Origin: Prorocentrum cordatum
Lineage: Eukaryota
Assembly: GCA_963575745.1 (NCBI GenBank)
Contig: CAUYUJ010000115.1
Location: 372,001 to 436,000 of the forward strand
DNA length: 64,000 bases
Reading direction: 5' to 3'
Under the pieces are notes generated by a model. It saw only the letters and a list, made by a program, of their open reading frames with translations. It searched no databases and was not told where the DNA came from. Within the stretch, counting starts at the first letter, position 1. Each line of letters begins with the position of its first letter. Shown here in pieces: positions 1-11,980 of this stretch. The translations under genes were made by a program, and so were the position numbers.

Positions 1-2144
1 AAACACGAGGCCCCGCAAACTGGAGACGTATGTTTCCCCGGCACGAGGAATCCCGAGAAGCCGAAGACGAGAAGAACACATCGGTGAAGTCATGTGTTCA
101 CACTCCGAGTGCAGGGCGGCCTGCTGCCAGGCTCGAGTCCAGCACGCGGGGGGCCAAACGCATCCGAAGGAAAGAATGGAAAGGCCTCCCGCCGCAGCAG
201 CGCCCCGAGGCAACATGTAGAGAACGTTTTTCTTTTGAGGGGCGAAAGAAAGCCTTCAGAGGGCGTCGAAGGTTCTGGCAAGTTTTGGGCCGCTCTGCAG
301 GCAGGGATTTTGGAGGGCGTCGGGGGATCCGCTGGGACTGCCAGGAGGGATGGGGAGGATTGGGCACCATGAACATGAGCCGCGAGGAAACTGATCTGGA
401 GAGGGAGGAGGAGGCGACATAGGGGGAACATTGAGGGAAAGGCGTCCCCTGCAGCCCCGCGGAGGGGCGACAAGAGAGAGGCCAACCCAATGGAGGGTAA
501 CGTCTGCTGGAGAATGCACGCAGGGCGTCTGCCAAACGATCCCGTCGTGACCGGTTAGGGAAGCAGATCCAAACCACCGCGAAATCTGAAGCGAGCTCAG
601 AAGCTGAAGATCAATTACAGGCTCAAGCTGAAACACAAATTACAGGCTGGAAGAACATCACACTTCGAGGCGCCAATCCACTAAATCGCTTAGTGGGCAA
701 GCGCGGACACTCCTGCAAATGCGGGCTCAATGATGAAAGCGAATGCTCACACTGAAATAGGTTACCTGCAGCGCGGACCTGAACGCGACGGATGACTACC
801 ATTACGCAGCCAACAAAACTAAGGCCGATTCGAAAACTGAACTAGACCGGAAACATGACTTACGACTGAAGCTAAAACGAAGACGAACAACGGCAACACA
901 TGCGAAGGCGGAATTCAAAATTCGCTATAACTGGCTGATGCCCGGCCCCAACGGCCGCCGCTGGGGAGGCGACTTGTTGGCCCCAGGTGGACACCGTCCG
1001 CGGCGCCACCGACAGCGAGCAGGAACCGCTGTCGATCTTCGTCCCGTTCTCTTGTTCATGTCGTGGGCCCCTGGAGGCCTCGACCCAATCTCCAAGACGG
1101 GCTCTTCATCCTGCGCCGTTTTTGACAGCCCCGGGGCCTGGCAGCGGCCCCCCAGGGCCGAGCACTCTACACACCATCCGTCCTGATCTTGGAACTGCGA
1201 CGGGGGTCTGGGTCTGAGTGGCCCTGGAAACAACAAGGCCATTGTGCTTTACGATTTTCGTTGTTTTGCTGATTTCATTCCCAACGCCTTCTTGATTGAC
1301 GTTTTCGGCGCCGTTGATTTATCTGTTCCGTTTGTTGTTCGCTTCCTTGTGGGGCTCCTGGTCCACATCATCGTTTTTTGACCAGATCCGACGCGTTTTC
1401 GAACAGGTTCCGAACGTCCTTCGGATCCCAGACGGTCCAGACTTTTTCGCTTCAAAGTGTGAACATAGCACTTGCCGTTTCCACTATCAAGGAACTCTGG
1501 AGAAACGGCGGAAGACTACCCTGCCTTTTCCAGGGCCCACTAAAGTCTGCGCATCTCGACAGTGCTCCTCGGGCGAAAAACACATCACCTCCTGGGCCCC
1601 TGGGCCGCGACCTCGCTGATACGGGGCGTTGTTTTGCGGATGCCCTGCGCGAGACGTACATCCGTGCGACCGTGTACCCGCGGGCTCTCGCCCCAGCATC
1701 CAGACCGCGAAAGCGCGGGCATGGATAATTTTGGCCGCTCGTGCTCCTTTGGAGGCGGCCAGGGGGTCTGAACTGGATTGGCCCCGAGAAAATCTGTCAA
1801 AACGGGGGGGGGGGCATGCGGGCAAATCTGTTCAAAATTGGTCCCCAGACCCCTCCCCGCATCCATCCATCTGATGCAAATTCCTCCCCGGATCTGTTTC
1901 GCGACGGCCCAGGAGCCCGAAGCGGCCCCGATGCAGAAAAAGGCAAGAGACTTTCCGCACCCAGAACCTCAGACCTCACCCCCCCCTCAACCCTCCGGGC
2001 TGGAACCGATGCTGGGCCGCCGAGTCCCAGATGGACGGGACCCCTGCACGGGCTTGACCGTGCATGGGGAGTGAGCGTCGTCGGCGGCGCCCATCCCTGA
2101 GCGATCCTTGCTCGGGAGCGTGCTCCGATGTTGGGCGAGTAACG

Positions 2145-2240
2145 ACATATGTACATGTACGCCCTCCGCGGTCTTGCCTGCACGAACGTCCGCGTCGACA
2201 CGCACTCCAGGGGAAACTAACCGCGTACGTGTACATATGT
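2145..2240. mobile_element. Small palindromic MITE-like element
   Basis: 18-bp inverted termini ACATATGTACATGTACGC / GCGTACGTGTACATATGT, 1 mismatch. Confidence 0.5.
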
Positions 2241-2365
2241 TGCTGGCCTCTGAGATGTTGCCTCCTCGACTCCATCCTTGAGCGACGAACTCGCCTGGGA
2301 AGGGGCCCTGCCCAAGCTGGTGGTCGGTTCAGAGGCCCGCCTGCACACCCGCCCAACCAGGAAAG

Positions 2366-2542
2366 ATGAGAGGAGGAGGGGGAGGAGGAGGAGGAGGAGG
2401 AGGAGGAGGGGGAGGAGGAGAAGGGGTAGGAGGATGAGGAGGAGGAGGAGGAAGAAAGGGAAGAGGGGAAGGAGGACGGGGAGGAGGAGAAGGAGGAGGA
2501 GAGTGAGGAGGAGGAAGAGGAGGAGGAGGAGGAGGAGGAGGG
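2366..2542. repeat. (GGA)n microsatellite
   Basis: Direct reading; many similar GGA/TCC tracts occur across the window (e.g. 12403-12490, 24038-24110, 36385-36665, 59100-59310, 60855-61023). Confidence 0.95.
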
Positions 2543-2549
2543 ACCGCGC

Positions 2550-2609
2550 CTGCCGCATGTCCTGGAGGTCAATGATCTGCAACGTGCCGCGCTTCGCGGG
2601 CGTGAGCAC
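2550..2609 (-). CDS. Orphan internal exon of an unidentified gene (VLTPAKRGTLQIIDLQDMRQ, possibly WD40-like)
   Basis: 60 nt, phase 0/0, CAG|G acceptor and CAG|GC donor as in the PPR gene, nearly all third codon positions G/C. The other exons could not be linked. Confidence 0.55.
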
Positions 2610-2732
2610 CTGCGGCGCCGAGAGGGTGCTGCAGCGTCGGCGCCCTCTCGCCTATGCGCCGATGCCATGCGCCGATGCCGACGCGCAAGCGAGGGATGGA
2701 AGAGGACTGCGATGTCATAGAGGCAAGAGAAA

Positions 2733-2882
2733 TATGCACACGCACCGATTCTGGCAAGGCCCATCCTGAGCCCAGGATAGGTGCATCGGTGCATTCTGGC
2801 AAGGCCCATCCTGAGCCCAGGAAAGCAGATTCACCGATCATGGGCCCAGGATGGGCCCGGCCAGGATCGGTGCATGTGCATA
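2733..2882. mobile_element. MITE with TA ends (Tc1/mariner-like)
   Basis: 23-bp inverted termini TATGCACAYGCACCGATYCTGGC, internal duplicated GGCAAGGCCCATCCTGAGCCCAGGA; related fragment near 55750-55800. Confidence 0.6.
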
Positions 2883-4180
2883 CTTTTATTCGCCCGATGT
2901 CATTGGCGTCGACGGGTACGCCCCAAATGTAGCAGATGAGCGCAATCAAGTCTTTCGACTGTTAATGGGGCTCACCGGGTTGAGGGGGGGGTCAGCAAAA
3001 GGTGGGCTCAATTTTTGGCTTGTTCCGTGACTGGGGCCAGCTTTGTCTCAAACAATTGTTCTTCAGTGGGCTTGCCTTCGCAATCGTTTGGACATTACTT
3101 GCCCTGGTCATTATGACTCTCAGACCATGTTGTTTCTCATGTTGCACTTCGCTGAATCGGATCCCCAAAAAGGCTGGCCCCCATCAGCTGGCGAATGATC
3201 CGCTATTGTCTCGTTGAGGCACGATTTGGAGTGCCTTGTGTGTGTCCTCGATCCTGAGGACTTTACAGGGCCCGGGCCCACAATTACCAAATCTCATGTG
3301 GTGCGTCGCGTGACCACCTGGGGCCCGTCGTTTGTTAACGCGTGAATTTTTCGGGACCAGGAATCCCCCCCGACTGGCCAAGAGGGCCCCAGGAGGCCGC
3401 CCAGACGATCTGAGAGGGCCTCGAATCGCCACACGATCGGTCCAACACACCCAAATGGATCCAAAATTGTCAAACAAGCTTTCGAAGCACCCACAACAGC
3501 CCTAAGACCGCCCAGTGACGGCCCCAAAAGGGAGGCTCCCATGAGGGTCCCAAAACGGTCCAGAAGGGCTGCAACAGTGCCCCAGGGGCTCCCAAAACGG
3601 CCCGAGAGGGCCCACAGACAGCTTCCAAAAAAAACAAAGAAGAAACACGAACCGAAAATCCTGTTTTCCCGCCCGAAAGCGCCCAGGAGGTCCCAAGGAG
3701 GCCCCGAAAGACCCACAAGCCTCCAAGACGCCCCAGGGGTCTCAAAACGGCCCCCAGGATGCCCCCAAACTGCCCCCACGCCCACGAGAAGCCTCCTGCG
3801 ACATTCCAGCAAACATCCTAAAAAGCTTTTGACCCACAGCCCAGGCACGGTGGCGGGATGGGCCGAAAGCCACTCGACAAGACCATGTGCACTCAGCATA
3901 CACGCGAGCGGTGACCGTAAACGGGTTTTGCGCGAGCAAACGTAGCGACCCTTCGCCGGCTTACGCGGGCCACCAGCGCGCCATACCGCGGAGAAAAGAG
4001 GGCGCTTGCTTGCAACGTCGAGACAGCGCTGCCGCGTCGACGTCCTCGGCGAAGCCATGCCGGGTGTTACTGCCCACGCGCGCACGAGGGAAGGAAGACG
4101 ATATAGCTTGTTGTTTGTCAATGTCATTCGCAATGACTCCCGTGACCGGCCCCGCCAAGCCCACCCCCCCCCCCGCCCCT

Positions 4181-4366
4181 TTCGACTACGCGCGAGAGCG
4201 ACCCTGGCTATGAGTGACCTTCGGTGCGCGGCTTCAGGGGGGCCGCGGGCGGGGCCGCACCTGAGCGCGCAAGACATTGCTGCCGCACCGCGCTCGGCGA
4301 TCGGGGGACCCGTGTGGGCGCGCACCAAGCGCCACTCCGGCGAAGGGTCACTCTTGCGTGTAGTCT
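4181..4366. mobile_element. MITE, family with TIR CGACTRCACGYRAGAGTGACCCT
   Basis: Inverted termini cgactacgcgcgagagcgaccct / agggtcactcttgcgtgtagtc; internal sequence matches 12639-12825. Confidence 0.65.
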
Positions 4367-5269
4367 CGACCCCTGGTCACGTCACGACTCGCGCAGGCGC
4401 CGTCTCGGAATTCGCCACTCCTGAACACTCCCAGACGGCGCTGGTTCGAATCATGACGCGGCAGGCCGACGTCCCCTTTGCCCGCCCCCGGTGACGCCTT
4501 TCCATCGCCGGGGGATGATCAAAAAATCCCCGCTCCGCGCAAGCGACGGGTCGTCGGGCGGAGGCCGCGGCCGGCGCGCGCACCCCAAAGGGCCAGGGCC
4601 CGGCGCGCGCGCGTGGGCCGAGCAGCGCCGCTCAGAGGAAGAGGGTCCTCTGGCTGCCCACGGGCAGCAAGCGGCGTCCTGTTACGATGTCCTCGCTGTC
4701 GACGGGCCCGCCCCAAAAAGGAACAGAAACAAAATCAGGACCAGATTGGGGAACAGCTCCCGGGGCGGTTTTCCGTTGGAGCAAAGTGATGGGGCCACTG
4801 GCTAGACTGGACTAGGCCCAGGCCTACACGCCGGTCGGAAGAATTAGGTAAAAGCATGAAGTAGGAAGGTGGATATAATAGATTGGGTACAGGCCCCCCC
4901 AAGGGAAACATAAAGCACAGCAAAAGCATATCGGCCCTTGGAGTGGGAAGGCGCTTGAAGTATATTGGGATTTGGGAAGCCATAAATACCTCCTTTCAAC
5001 GACCAGCGTGTAATCCGGATCCGGATTGAACGAGACTTTGGGGAATTCAGCCAGATCCGAACAGGGATATACCAGCGCCGGTCATGAATTTCACATCCCA
5101 CGAGTTACACTCCAAACCAGGCAATGCGCGGTCTTGTTTGTCTGGATCTGGTCCATGGTCGAGTGCCTTACAACCTTGTCGCGGAGGAGTGCGGAATGGA
5201 GGAGAGGGGAGAGGTGCGCTGGCGACATCTCTGACATCCGACCCCTCCAAATCACCTCTTCCTCTTTTA

Positions 5270-5467
5270 AAGCCTGGAAATTGGCACCAACACCAACACA
5301 GGAGGTTGCCTCCACAGTGGGAAGATGATCCTAGATTTCGGTGTTGGTGGTAAGATGCCAACCACCTTGGATGCCATAATCTTACCACTGTAACCGAGGT
5401 CGGGATCTTCTTCCCTCGGTGGAGGCACGCAGCCGAAATTGGTATTGGTGTCAACCTCTAGGCCTGC
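5270..5467. repeat. ~200-bp dispersed repeat; inverted copy at 52567-52765
   Basis: GCCTCCACAGTGGGAAGATGATCCTAGAT...GGGATCTTCTTCCCTCGGTGGAGGCAC aligns by eye with the reverse complement of 52567-52765. Confidence 0.8.
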
Positions 5468-5626
5468 GACATTTGCGCTGAGCTCGCTTCTACCCGCCAT
5501 CGGCATCGGGGGTACGACCCTGGCTCTCAGAGTGGACCCACCGTGCGATGCGCAATCAGTTAGGGGTGCTCCATGCCCCGACCCCCGATGCCGTGATGGT
5601 TTTGCAAAGTAGACCCCCAGATGTAC

Positions 5627-5722
5627 CGGCCCCTTTCCCAGGGACCAGCTTCTCATCCCGAGTCGTCTTTCGACGCTCCCAGGGTCTGGTGAGGACCTCC
5701 AGGCGACGAAAACGGCCCGAAA
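5627..5722 (+). repeat. Representative of a ~90-bp high-copy interspersed repeat
   Basis: Core GCTTCTCATCCCGAGTYGTTTTTGACGGTCCYRGGGCCCGGCGAGGGCCCCCAG recurs about a dozen times in both orientations (see findings). Confidence 0.75.
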
Positions 5723-6623
5723 CCGTCCGTCGTGACTTCTGTCATGTCGGGGAGACGGAAGACTTGGGTGCGGGGGACTCGGGCTGGCCTGACCGGGCCA
5801 TCATAAAAATGACGAGACCCAATCTGAAACTTGACGCGAGCTCCCGCGGCAGACATCCCACGAACACTGTGCCATCAAAGCCCAGGACACGCTCGTCGAA
5901 GAACGTCGGCAAACCCGCGTTCCGGCGTAACTACTCGAGTCTCACGTTCCCCCGATCATGGCGCGTCGGGCCCCGGGCATACTGGAAGAGGACGAGGAGG
6001 CGGAAGGAGCGCAAGGAGGCGCAGAGGGGAGGCATCACCGGGGAGCCCGCGTCGAGAAGGGCAGGGGCGCTGCGCGGGCGCTCGCGGAGCGGAGGAGGCT
6101 GCACAGGCAGCGCCCGGGGCGCTGTGGTCAGCAAGGGCTGTGCTCTCGTCCCCACAGAGGGGCACGCTGCACAGGCACATGCAGTAGACACATACGTCGA
6201 CGAGTCGTGCTCGTAGGAACGTTCGCCAGCGTGGACCCCAAGCGGTGTGTTCCTAGCGTGCTATGCTGGGCAGCGCATGTCGTGCAGCCGATGTTGTGCA
6301 AACCGTGTTGTGCAACCTGCGTGGTGCAATACACGTGTGCGCAGTCTATGCGATGCAACCGCATGGTGTCATGTAGGTGGTGCAACCTGTGTTGTGCAAA
6401 CTATGCTGTACAATAGCTGTTGTGCAATCTATGTTGTGCAACTAATCACTTGCCGAACTTGAAGTTGTCAACTCCACTGCTCGCGCAATCATCCCACCCA
6501 CCCACCCGCAACTTGGTTTGCAAAACCCATGCGGGACCGAGCACAGATATCGCTCAGGGGTCGTCTTGGAGCCCTCGGGGGCGTCTCAAGAGCGCCCCCA
6601 AAAGGCCGGAGAAGCACGACGGC

Positions 6624-6659
<36 letters not shown>

Positions 6660-7152
6660 CGGCGACGACGACGACGTCGACGTCGACGACGACGAAGACG
6701 ACGACGCCGACGCCGACGACGACGACGAAGACGACGACGACGACGTCGCCAACGAAGACGACGACGAGGGAGGAGGGAGGACGACGACGGCGACAACGAC
6801 GACAACGACGACAACAACGACAACGGGGGAGGAGGGAGGACGGCGACGACGCGAACGACGAAGAAGGAGGAAGGACGGCGACGCCGATGACGACAACGAC
6901 GAGGGAGGAGGGAAGACGACGACGAGACGACGACGACAACGACGACGACGACGGCGACGAAATAGGAGGGACGACGACGAGTCGCCGACGACGGACGACG
7001 ACGACGACGACGGAGGAGGAGGAAGGACGACCACGGCGACAACGACGACGGAAACGACCACGACGCCAAAGAGGACGACGACAACGACGAACACGAGGAA
7101 AAACCCAGGACGACGTAGGCGACGACGACGACGACGACGCGGGAGGAGGGAG

Positions 7153-7192
<40 letters not shown>
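6624..7192. repeat. (GAC)n-rich microsatellite
   Basis: Direct reading; similar tracts at 42343-42470 and 45500-45900. Confidence 0.95.
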
Positions 7193-7193
<1 letters not shown>

Positions 7194-7211
7194 CGCAAGA
7201 GCGCGCGCGCA

Positions 7212-7655
7212 TTTGTTGAAAATCCGTGTTGCGAAACCTTGTGTTTTTGTAGTTTTTTTGGACGCGCGATTTTGAAATCCTTCCGAAACCAATGGGTTTT
7301 GAAGGATTTCGGCGTACGCGCGCGACGACGCGCGCGTCTGCACTTCGTCCCATTTTTTGCAGAGGATTCTCGCGACGGCACACGCGCAAGGGCGTTCGAC
7401 AGATTTCGACATGCGCGCGCGACGCCCGTTTGATAGCATGTTGTGGAAACCTTGAAAAACCAGGATGGTTTTCTGCAGATTTCGCAAGGGCTCGCGCGTA
7501 AGCTTTTTTAGCAAATCAGTGTTACGAAACCCTGTGTTTTTGCATGCTTTTGGGAAACTCGATTGCGAAATCATTCCGGCACCGAGGGTTTTTGAAGGAT
7601 TTCGGCATGCGCGCGCGACGACGCGCGCGTGTGCACTTCGCCCCATTTTTTGCAA
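7212..7655. repeat. Direct duplication of a ~145-bp unit with ~295-bp spacing
   Basis: TTTTGAAGGATTTCGGCRTRCGCGCGCGACGACGCGCGCGTSTGCACTTCGYCCCATTTTTTGCA occurs near 7297 and near 7590. Confidence 0.8.
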
Positions 7656-8834
7656 AAGGGTTTCGTGACAAAGTGTTATGTTAGAACAAACAATGTCACC
7701 GCATAGTGTTTTTTACAAGGGATCCTCAGGGGGGGATACCGGCTGGCCTGGGACATTATCATTTCATACTTAGGATGGACATGTGGTCATAATCATATGT
7801 GATTTACATACCCGAAAGGGGTACCGATAACGCCGGGGGGGGTAGAGTCTATTCTCTTTTGAGAAAAAGGAGAATTTATGTTGCGCAGTCGATGCTGTAC
7901 CATATGTGTTGTGCAACGTATGTGGTGCAGTATGTGTCGTGCATTTTAGGTTCTACAATACAGGTCGTACACCATGTGTGGTGACATCTATGTTGCGCAA
8001 TCTATGTGGTGCGCATTCTATGCGGCGACGAGGCGGCACCGCGGGGCGGCGGCGGCGGCAGCATAGCTGCCAATCCGGCGGTCACGCTCAGACGACGGGC
8101 GGCGACGAAGCGGCGACGGGGCGGCGACGGCGGCAGCGTAGCCGCCAGACCGGCAGACAGTCCCAGACGACGGGCGGCGACGAGGCGGCGACTGCGGCAA
8201 CATGGCCGCCGTCGGGTGACGAAACTCCCGCGGGGCGCCTGCCAGCAGGCCCAACTGTTTTTTTAGGTGATGTGCCTCCTGTAGACGTTCGGAGGTCTGC
8301 GCGGACTTCTCGGATCGTCGCTGGACGCCCCCATCCCGCGCGGACCTCCGGAAGGCCACGTCTGCCGACCCCAGGTCTCTGCCTGCCCAAATCTGGCCCA
8401 CCAGGCCTCGTCGCGACACGCTGACCGCGCCCCCGTCCCCGAGCGCCAACGTCCCGAGCCTTCCCCGCCCCCCCGCGCCGCGAAGCGGAACAGCACGCTG
8501 TCAGCTCGCAGGGCACAGCTGGGCGGCGCGCCCGGGGGGGGAAGTGAGAAGGGGCGGGCCCTCTCAGAAGACTCGGAAGTCCCCCTGCCGCCTTCTGAGG
8601 AGTCTTCCGGGCCTCCCCCGAAGACGCGACAGAAGACCTCTATCGAAGGACCCGAGGCCTCCTGAGGAGTGCCGCCGCCCTCTGCGAAGGCCTTCTCCCC
8701 CTCCCCTCCCCCCCTCGCCCGCCGCCGAAGAGCGTGCCGCCAGGGGCGCTGGCCTGTGCACTGCGCTCTTCCTCGAGCCTCTGGGCGCCCGGGGGCCCGC
8801 GCGGCCCGGTCGCCGCGGCCCGCGCCGCGCTCCC

Positions 8835-9329
8835 TCAGGCGGCTGCGGGCCTGAGGCCCAGGGCCTCCATGGCGGCCGCGGTGGCCTCCACGCACGGGCC
8901 CTTGCGCTTCCTCTGCGCCGCCCGCAGCACCTGCTCGGCGTCGGCCTGGTCCACCCGCCCACCGGCCTCGGCCGCCATGGCCAGGATCTCGGCCGCGGTG
9001 TCCAGCATGTTGAGCTTCACGCACATGCCGAGCATGCCGCTGTGCGCCGAGGCCGTCGGGGGGGCGTGCTCGAGCATCATCCTGTATACGTCCGTGGCGC
9101 GCTTGCCGTGGCGGTCGCGCAGGCAGCAGTGCACCAGCTGCGAGTACAGCCGCGGCTCCGGGACCACGCCCCGCATGGCCGGCTCCCGGCGGAGCATGTC
9201 CGCCGCCTCGTCAAGCAACTTGCACTGCGCGTAGAGCCGGATGAGGATGGAGAAGGTGGCGTTGGAAGGCTTTACGCCGCTGTCGACCATCTCCTGGTAC
9301 GTGCTCTTCGCGAGCTCGGCGTCCGCCTC
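8835..9329 (-). CDS. PPR protein, exon 8 (last; EADAELAK...GLRPAAA*)
   Basis: PPR motifs (SNATFSILIRLYAQCKLLDEAADML; EPRLYSQLVHCC); CCAAG|G acceptor; TGA at 8837-8835; in phase with exon 7. Confidence 0.92.
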   Translation of the reverse strand, partial: EADAELAKSTYQEMVDSGVKPSNATFSILIRLYAQCKLLDEAADMLRREPAMRGVVPEPRLYSQLVHCCLRDRHGKRATDVYRMMLEHAPPTASAHSGMLGMCVKLNMLDTAAEILAMAAEAGGRVDQADAEQVLRAAQRKRKGPCVEATAAAMEALGLRPAAA

Positions 9330-9621
9330 CTTGGAGGAAACCAAAAGACATCCGTATACTGCTACTCCACGGCCATCTCTATGACTACCTACCAGACCAC
9401 CCCATTCCGACCCGTAGACCCGAATTTCGGGTTGGGGGGTGGTACGGGCTTCATGTGTATTTTGTTGTCAATGTTCCCCGACTGGGGGCCTTTGGGTTGG
9501 GTTGGGGTGGTTTGGTGGGTGGTGACTCTTAGGGTGCAGTCCGAGCAGAAGTTCGAGGCGACCCCAGCCGTAGTGACGAGGGAATGATCTAGCGGCATTG
9601 GCATCTTTTCCTCCTCTGATC

Positions 9622-10207
9622 CTTGGCGCAGCCACCCAGGATGTTGTTGAAGATGACCTCGTCGGCCTTCAGGCCCAGCCCCACCATCGCCTCCTTCAGC
9701 CTGAGGGCGCCGTCTAAGCGGCCCGAGTCGCAGTTGGCCTTGATCAAAATCGAGAACGTGATGAGGTCGGGGGGCACCGTGCGCTCCGAGCGCATGTGCT
9801 CGTAGACCTCCATGGCTTTGTCGACCTGGCCGTCCCGAGCGAAGCCCTTGATGAGGGTCGTATAGAGCACCGTGTTCATCACGCAGCCGTTGGCCTTCAT
9901 CAGCTCGAAGACGTCCGCCGCCTTGGCGACCTGGTTCTCGTTGATGCAGCTGTCAAGGAGGATGCCGTACGTGACCTGCGTTGGCTCCACCCCGCGCGCC
10001 CTCATCAGCTCGAAGAGCTCGAAGACCTGCGAGATGCGTCCCGCCTTCGCGTACCCCTTCGAGAGCGTGTTGTAGGTGATCGCGTCGGAGACGCCGCCGG
10101 CCTCCGCCATCTCGTCCAGCAGCGCGCGGGCCTCGTCCACGCGGTCAGCGGCCACACAAGTAGCCAAGCAAGTGTTGTACGTCACGCTGTCGACATCGGT
10201 ACCGCTC
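9622..10207 (-). CDS. PPR protein, exon 7
   Basis: Five and a half tandem ~35-aa PPR motifs (DSVTYNTCL, DAITYNTLSKGYAK, TQVTYGILL, NTVLYTTLIKGFAR, DLITFSILIK, DEVIFNNIL); CAG|G acceptor, AAG|GA donor. Confidence 0.95.
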
Positions 10208-10381
10208 CTGAGGGCAACCATCAAAGGGTACCCGCACCGCTACTCCCCCGACCTCTCCTGGGGTGCGCTCTGACCAGAACTCCGAAGGGAATCCAGCCAT
10301 GGAAACGAGGGCCTCCGAGGCCCAACAAGGCGAAAACGGTGGAAGGGCAGCGGTATCCCTACCCTTTCCTCCTCCAGGCTC

Positions 10382-10593
10382 CTGCGCATCTGCTGCACGA
10401 GGGACAGCGACAGCTTCCACAGGCCGTTGGCGGAGGCGTACCGGATCATGTTGCCGTAGTCCTTGCACGAAGGGTCGCCGCAGGCCCGGAGGCGCTCCCA
10501 GAAGTGCCCGCAGCTCGCGAACGACTTCGTCTCCACGGCGCAGAAGAGGAGGCAGCTCCAGACGCTCCTGTCCTCGACCTTCAGGCTGGGGTC
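10382..10593 (-). CDS. PPR protein, exon 6 (DPSLKVEDRSVWSCLLFCAVE...QQMR)
   Basis: GC3-rich, PPR-like helices; GAG|G acceptor, CAG|GA donor; phase-2 end matches exon 7. Confidence 0.9.
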
Positions 10594-11088
10594 CTCCAGA
10601 GATGACTACAGATAATGATGACAACTTCTGGCACGGCCGTTGCCCTGCCACCTTCCTGTCCTTGGCACCCGCCTCGGTGGCGCCAACCCTTCCGCACCCA
10701 GACCTCCGCCGCCGACCGCGGACCGACGAAGAATGCTTGCTACCATTTCCAGCAGCGTTCGTTACCTGGGCGAGGAGGCAGGTGGATTCGGGACCCCGAT
10801 GGGGCGCTTCGGGGCGGGGATGGGCTGCGACCGCCACAATATGCGCGCGAGCACCAGCATGTTTGGTGTGGTCTGGGCCCCCCCTCCGCACGATCGCTAA
10901 AGCTACTGGCAAAAGTGGGCTGGCTCGGGCAGCGACCACTGCACGCCAAAGGATGAACAATGACATCCTCTCGTTGGTAAGGCCTCGGGTTGCTCACAGA
11001 CAGCCCCCCTGGCTAGTCCCGGCTAGCCTCAGCCCGCCGAATAGTCCTGGGGGGTCTCAACACCCTGGCGCCGCCTCCGGCGCTGCCC

Positions 11089-11248
11089 TTAGGTCGGGCG
11101 TGTCCCCCTACAGGGGGATTCTGGGTGGAGAAGGAAAACAACGCAAACAATTCTTCCCAAATGCCCGAAAATAGCCAAACAATAGTCCCCTTGCTATTGT
11201 TCGACTATGTTTGGCTATTCCTCCTGTAGAGGGACAGGCCCGACTTAG
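11089..11248. mobile_element. MITE, family with TIR YTARGTCGGGCSTGTCCCYCTACAGG
   Basis: ~26-bp TIRs; homologous to 11981-12134, 45336-45498, 53341-53469 and a partial copy at 63571. Confidence 0.8.
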
Positions 11249-11453
11249 GAGTAGTCCTGCGGCGGTCTCAACACCCTGGCGCCGCCTCTGGCGCTGCCCT
11301 TGGGGCGCTCCACGCCCACGGGCTGGGCCTGTCGAGGCCAGCCAGGACCGTCTGGGGAGGCTGTCTGTGCGCAGCCCGAGGCCCTACCGTCCTCCATCGC
11401 GCCGATGCATGTATGTTGCTCCCATCGTACTGGAAGACCACATCCCAAAAATA

Positions 11454-11580
11454 ATTTCGAGCACCCGGAAAAGTGTCGAAAGAGTGTCGAAACACTGTCG
11501 AGACAATGTCGGACGAGTGTCTCCTAGGACCCGACACGTGAAAACCCTCGAGTTTCGGTACCTTTCTGGTGCTCGAAATT
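11454..11580. mobile_element. MITE-like inverted repeat
   Basis: AATTTCGAGCACCCGGAAAAGTGTCGAAA versus the reverse complement of the right end, AATTTCGAGCACCAGAAAGGTACCGAAA. Confidence 0.55.
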
Positions 11581-11770
11581 CTTTTTAGTGATCAAGGCTC
11601 AAGTAGGTTGGAACATCATAACAGTACATGAACATACACTTCTTGAGGTCCGCGCGAATTTTCTGGATCGGCGCCAGAGGCGCCACCAGATAGGGCTCAG
11701 CGCAGATCCACGACATTCGCGCGGAGCTACGAAAGTTTATGGCTATGCAGTTTTCTATTATTCCGAGGTC

Positions 11771-11971
11771 CTCCATTGCGAAGGTGTAGATGCTAAGGCA
11801 CTCGGAGTACAGCTGCTTCGAGGTGCACAGCTTGGTGGCCGAGCCGAATAGCGCGGCGGAGACACCGGGGCCGCGGTGGCGCATGTCGCGCAGCAGCGCC
11901 AGCGCCTCGTCCGCTTGGCCGGTGCGTATGGTGGCCGTGATCATGCTCAGGAACATGTTCTCGCACTCGTC
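11771..11971 (-). CDS. PPR protein, exon 5 (DECENMFLSMITATIRTGQADEALALLRDMR...FAME)
   Basis: 201 nt, phase 0/0, PPR-like; CAG|G acceptor, GAG|GA donor. Confidence 0.9.
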
Positions 11972-11980
11972 CTGCTGGCA

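Noticed and set aside
6420..7655. Long poly-R/T/D/S/V ORFs here and in other GAC, GGA and CA tracts
   Set aside because: Triplet and dinucleotide repeats lack stop codons in several frames; no domain content.
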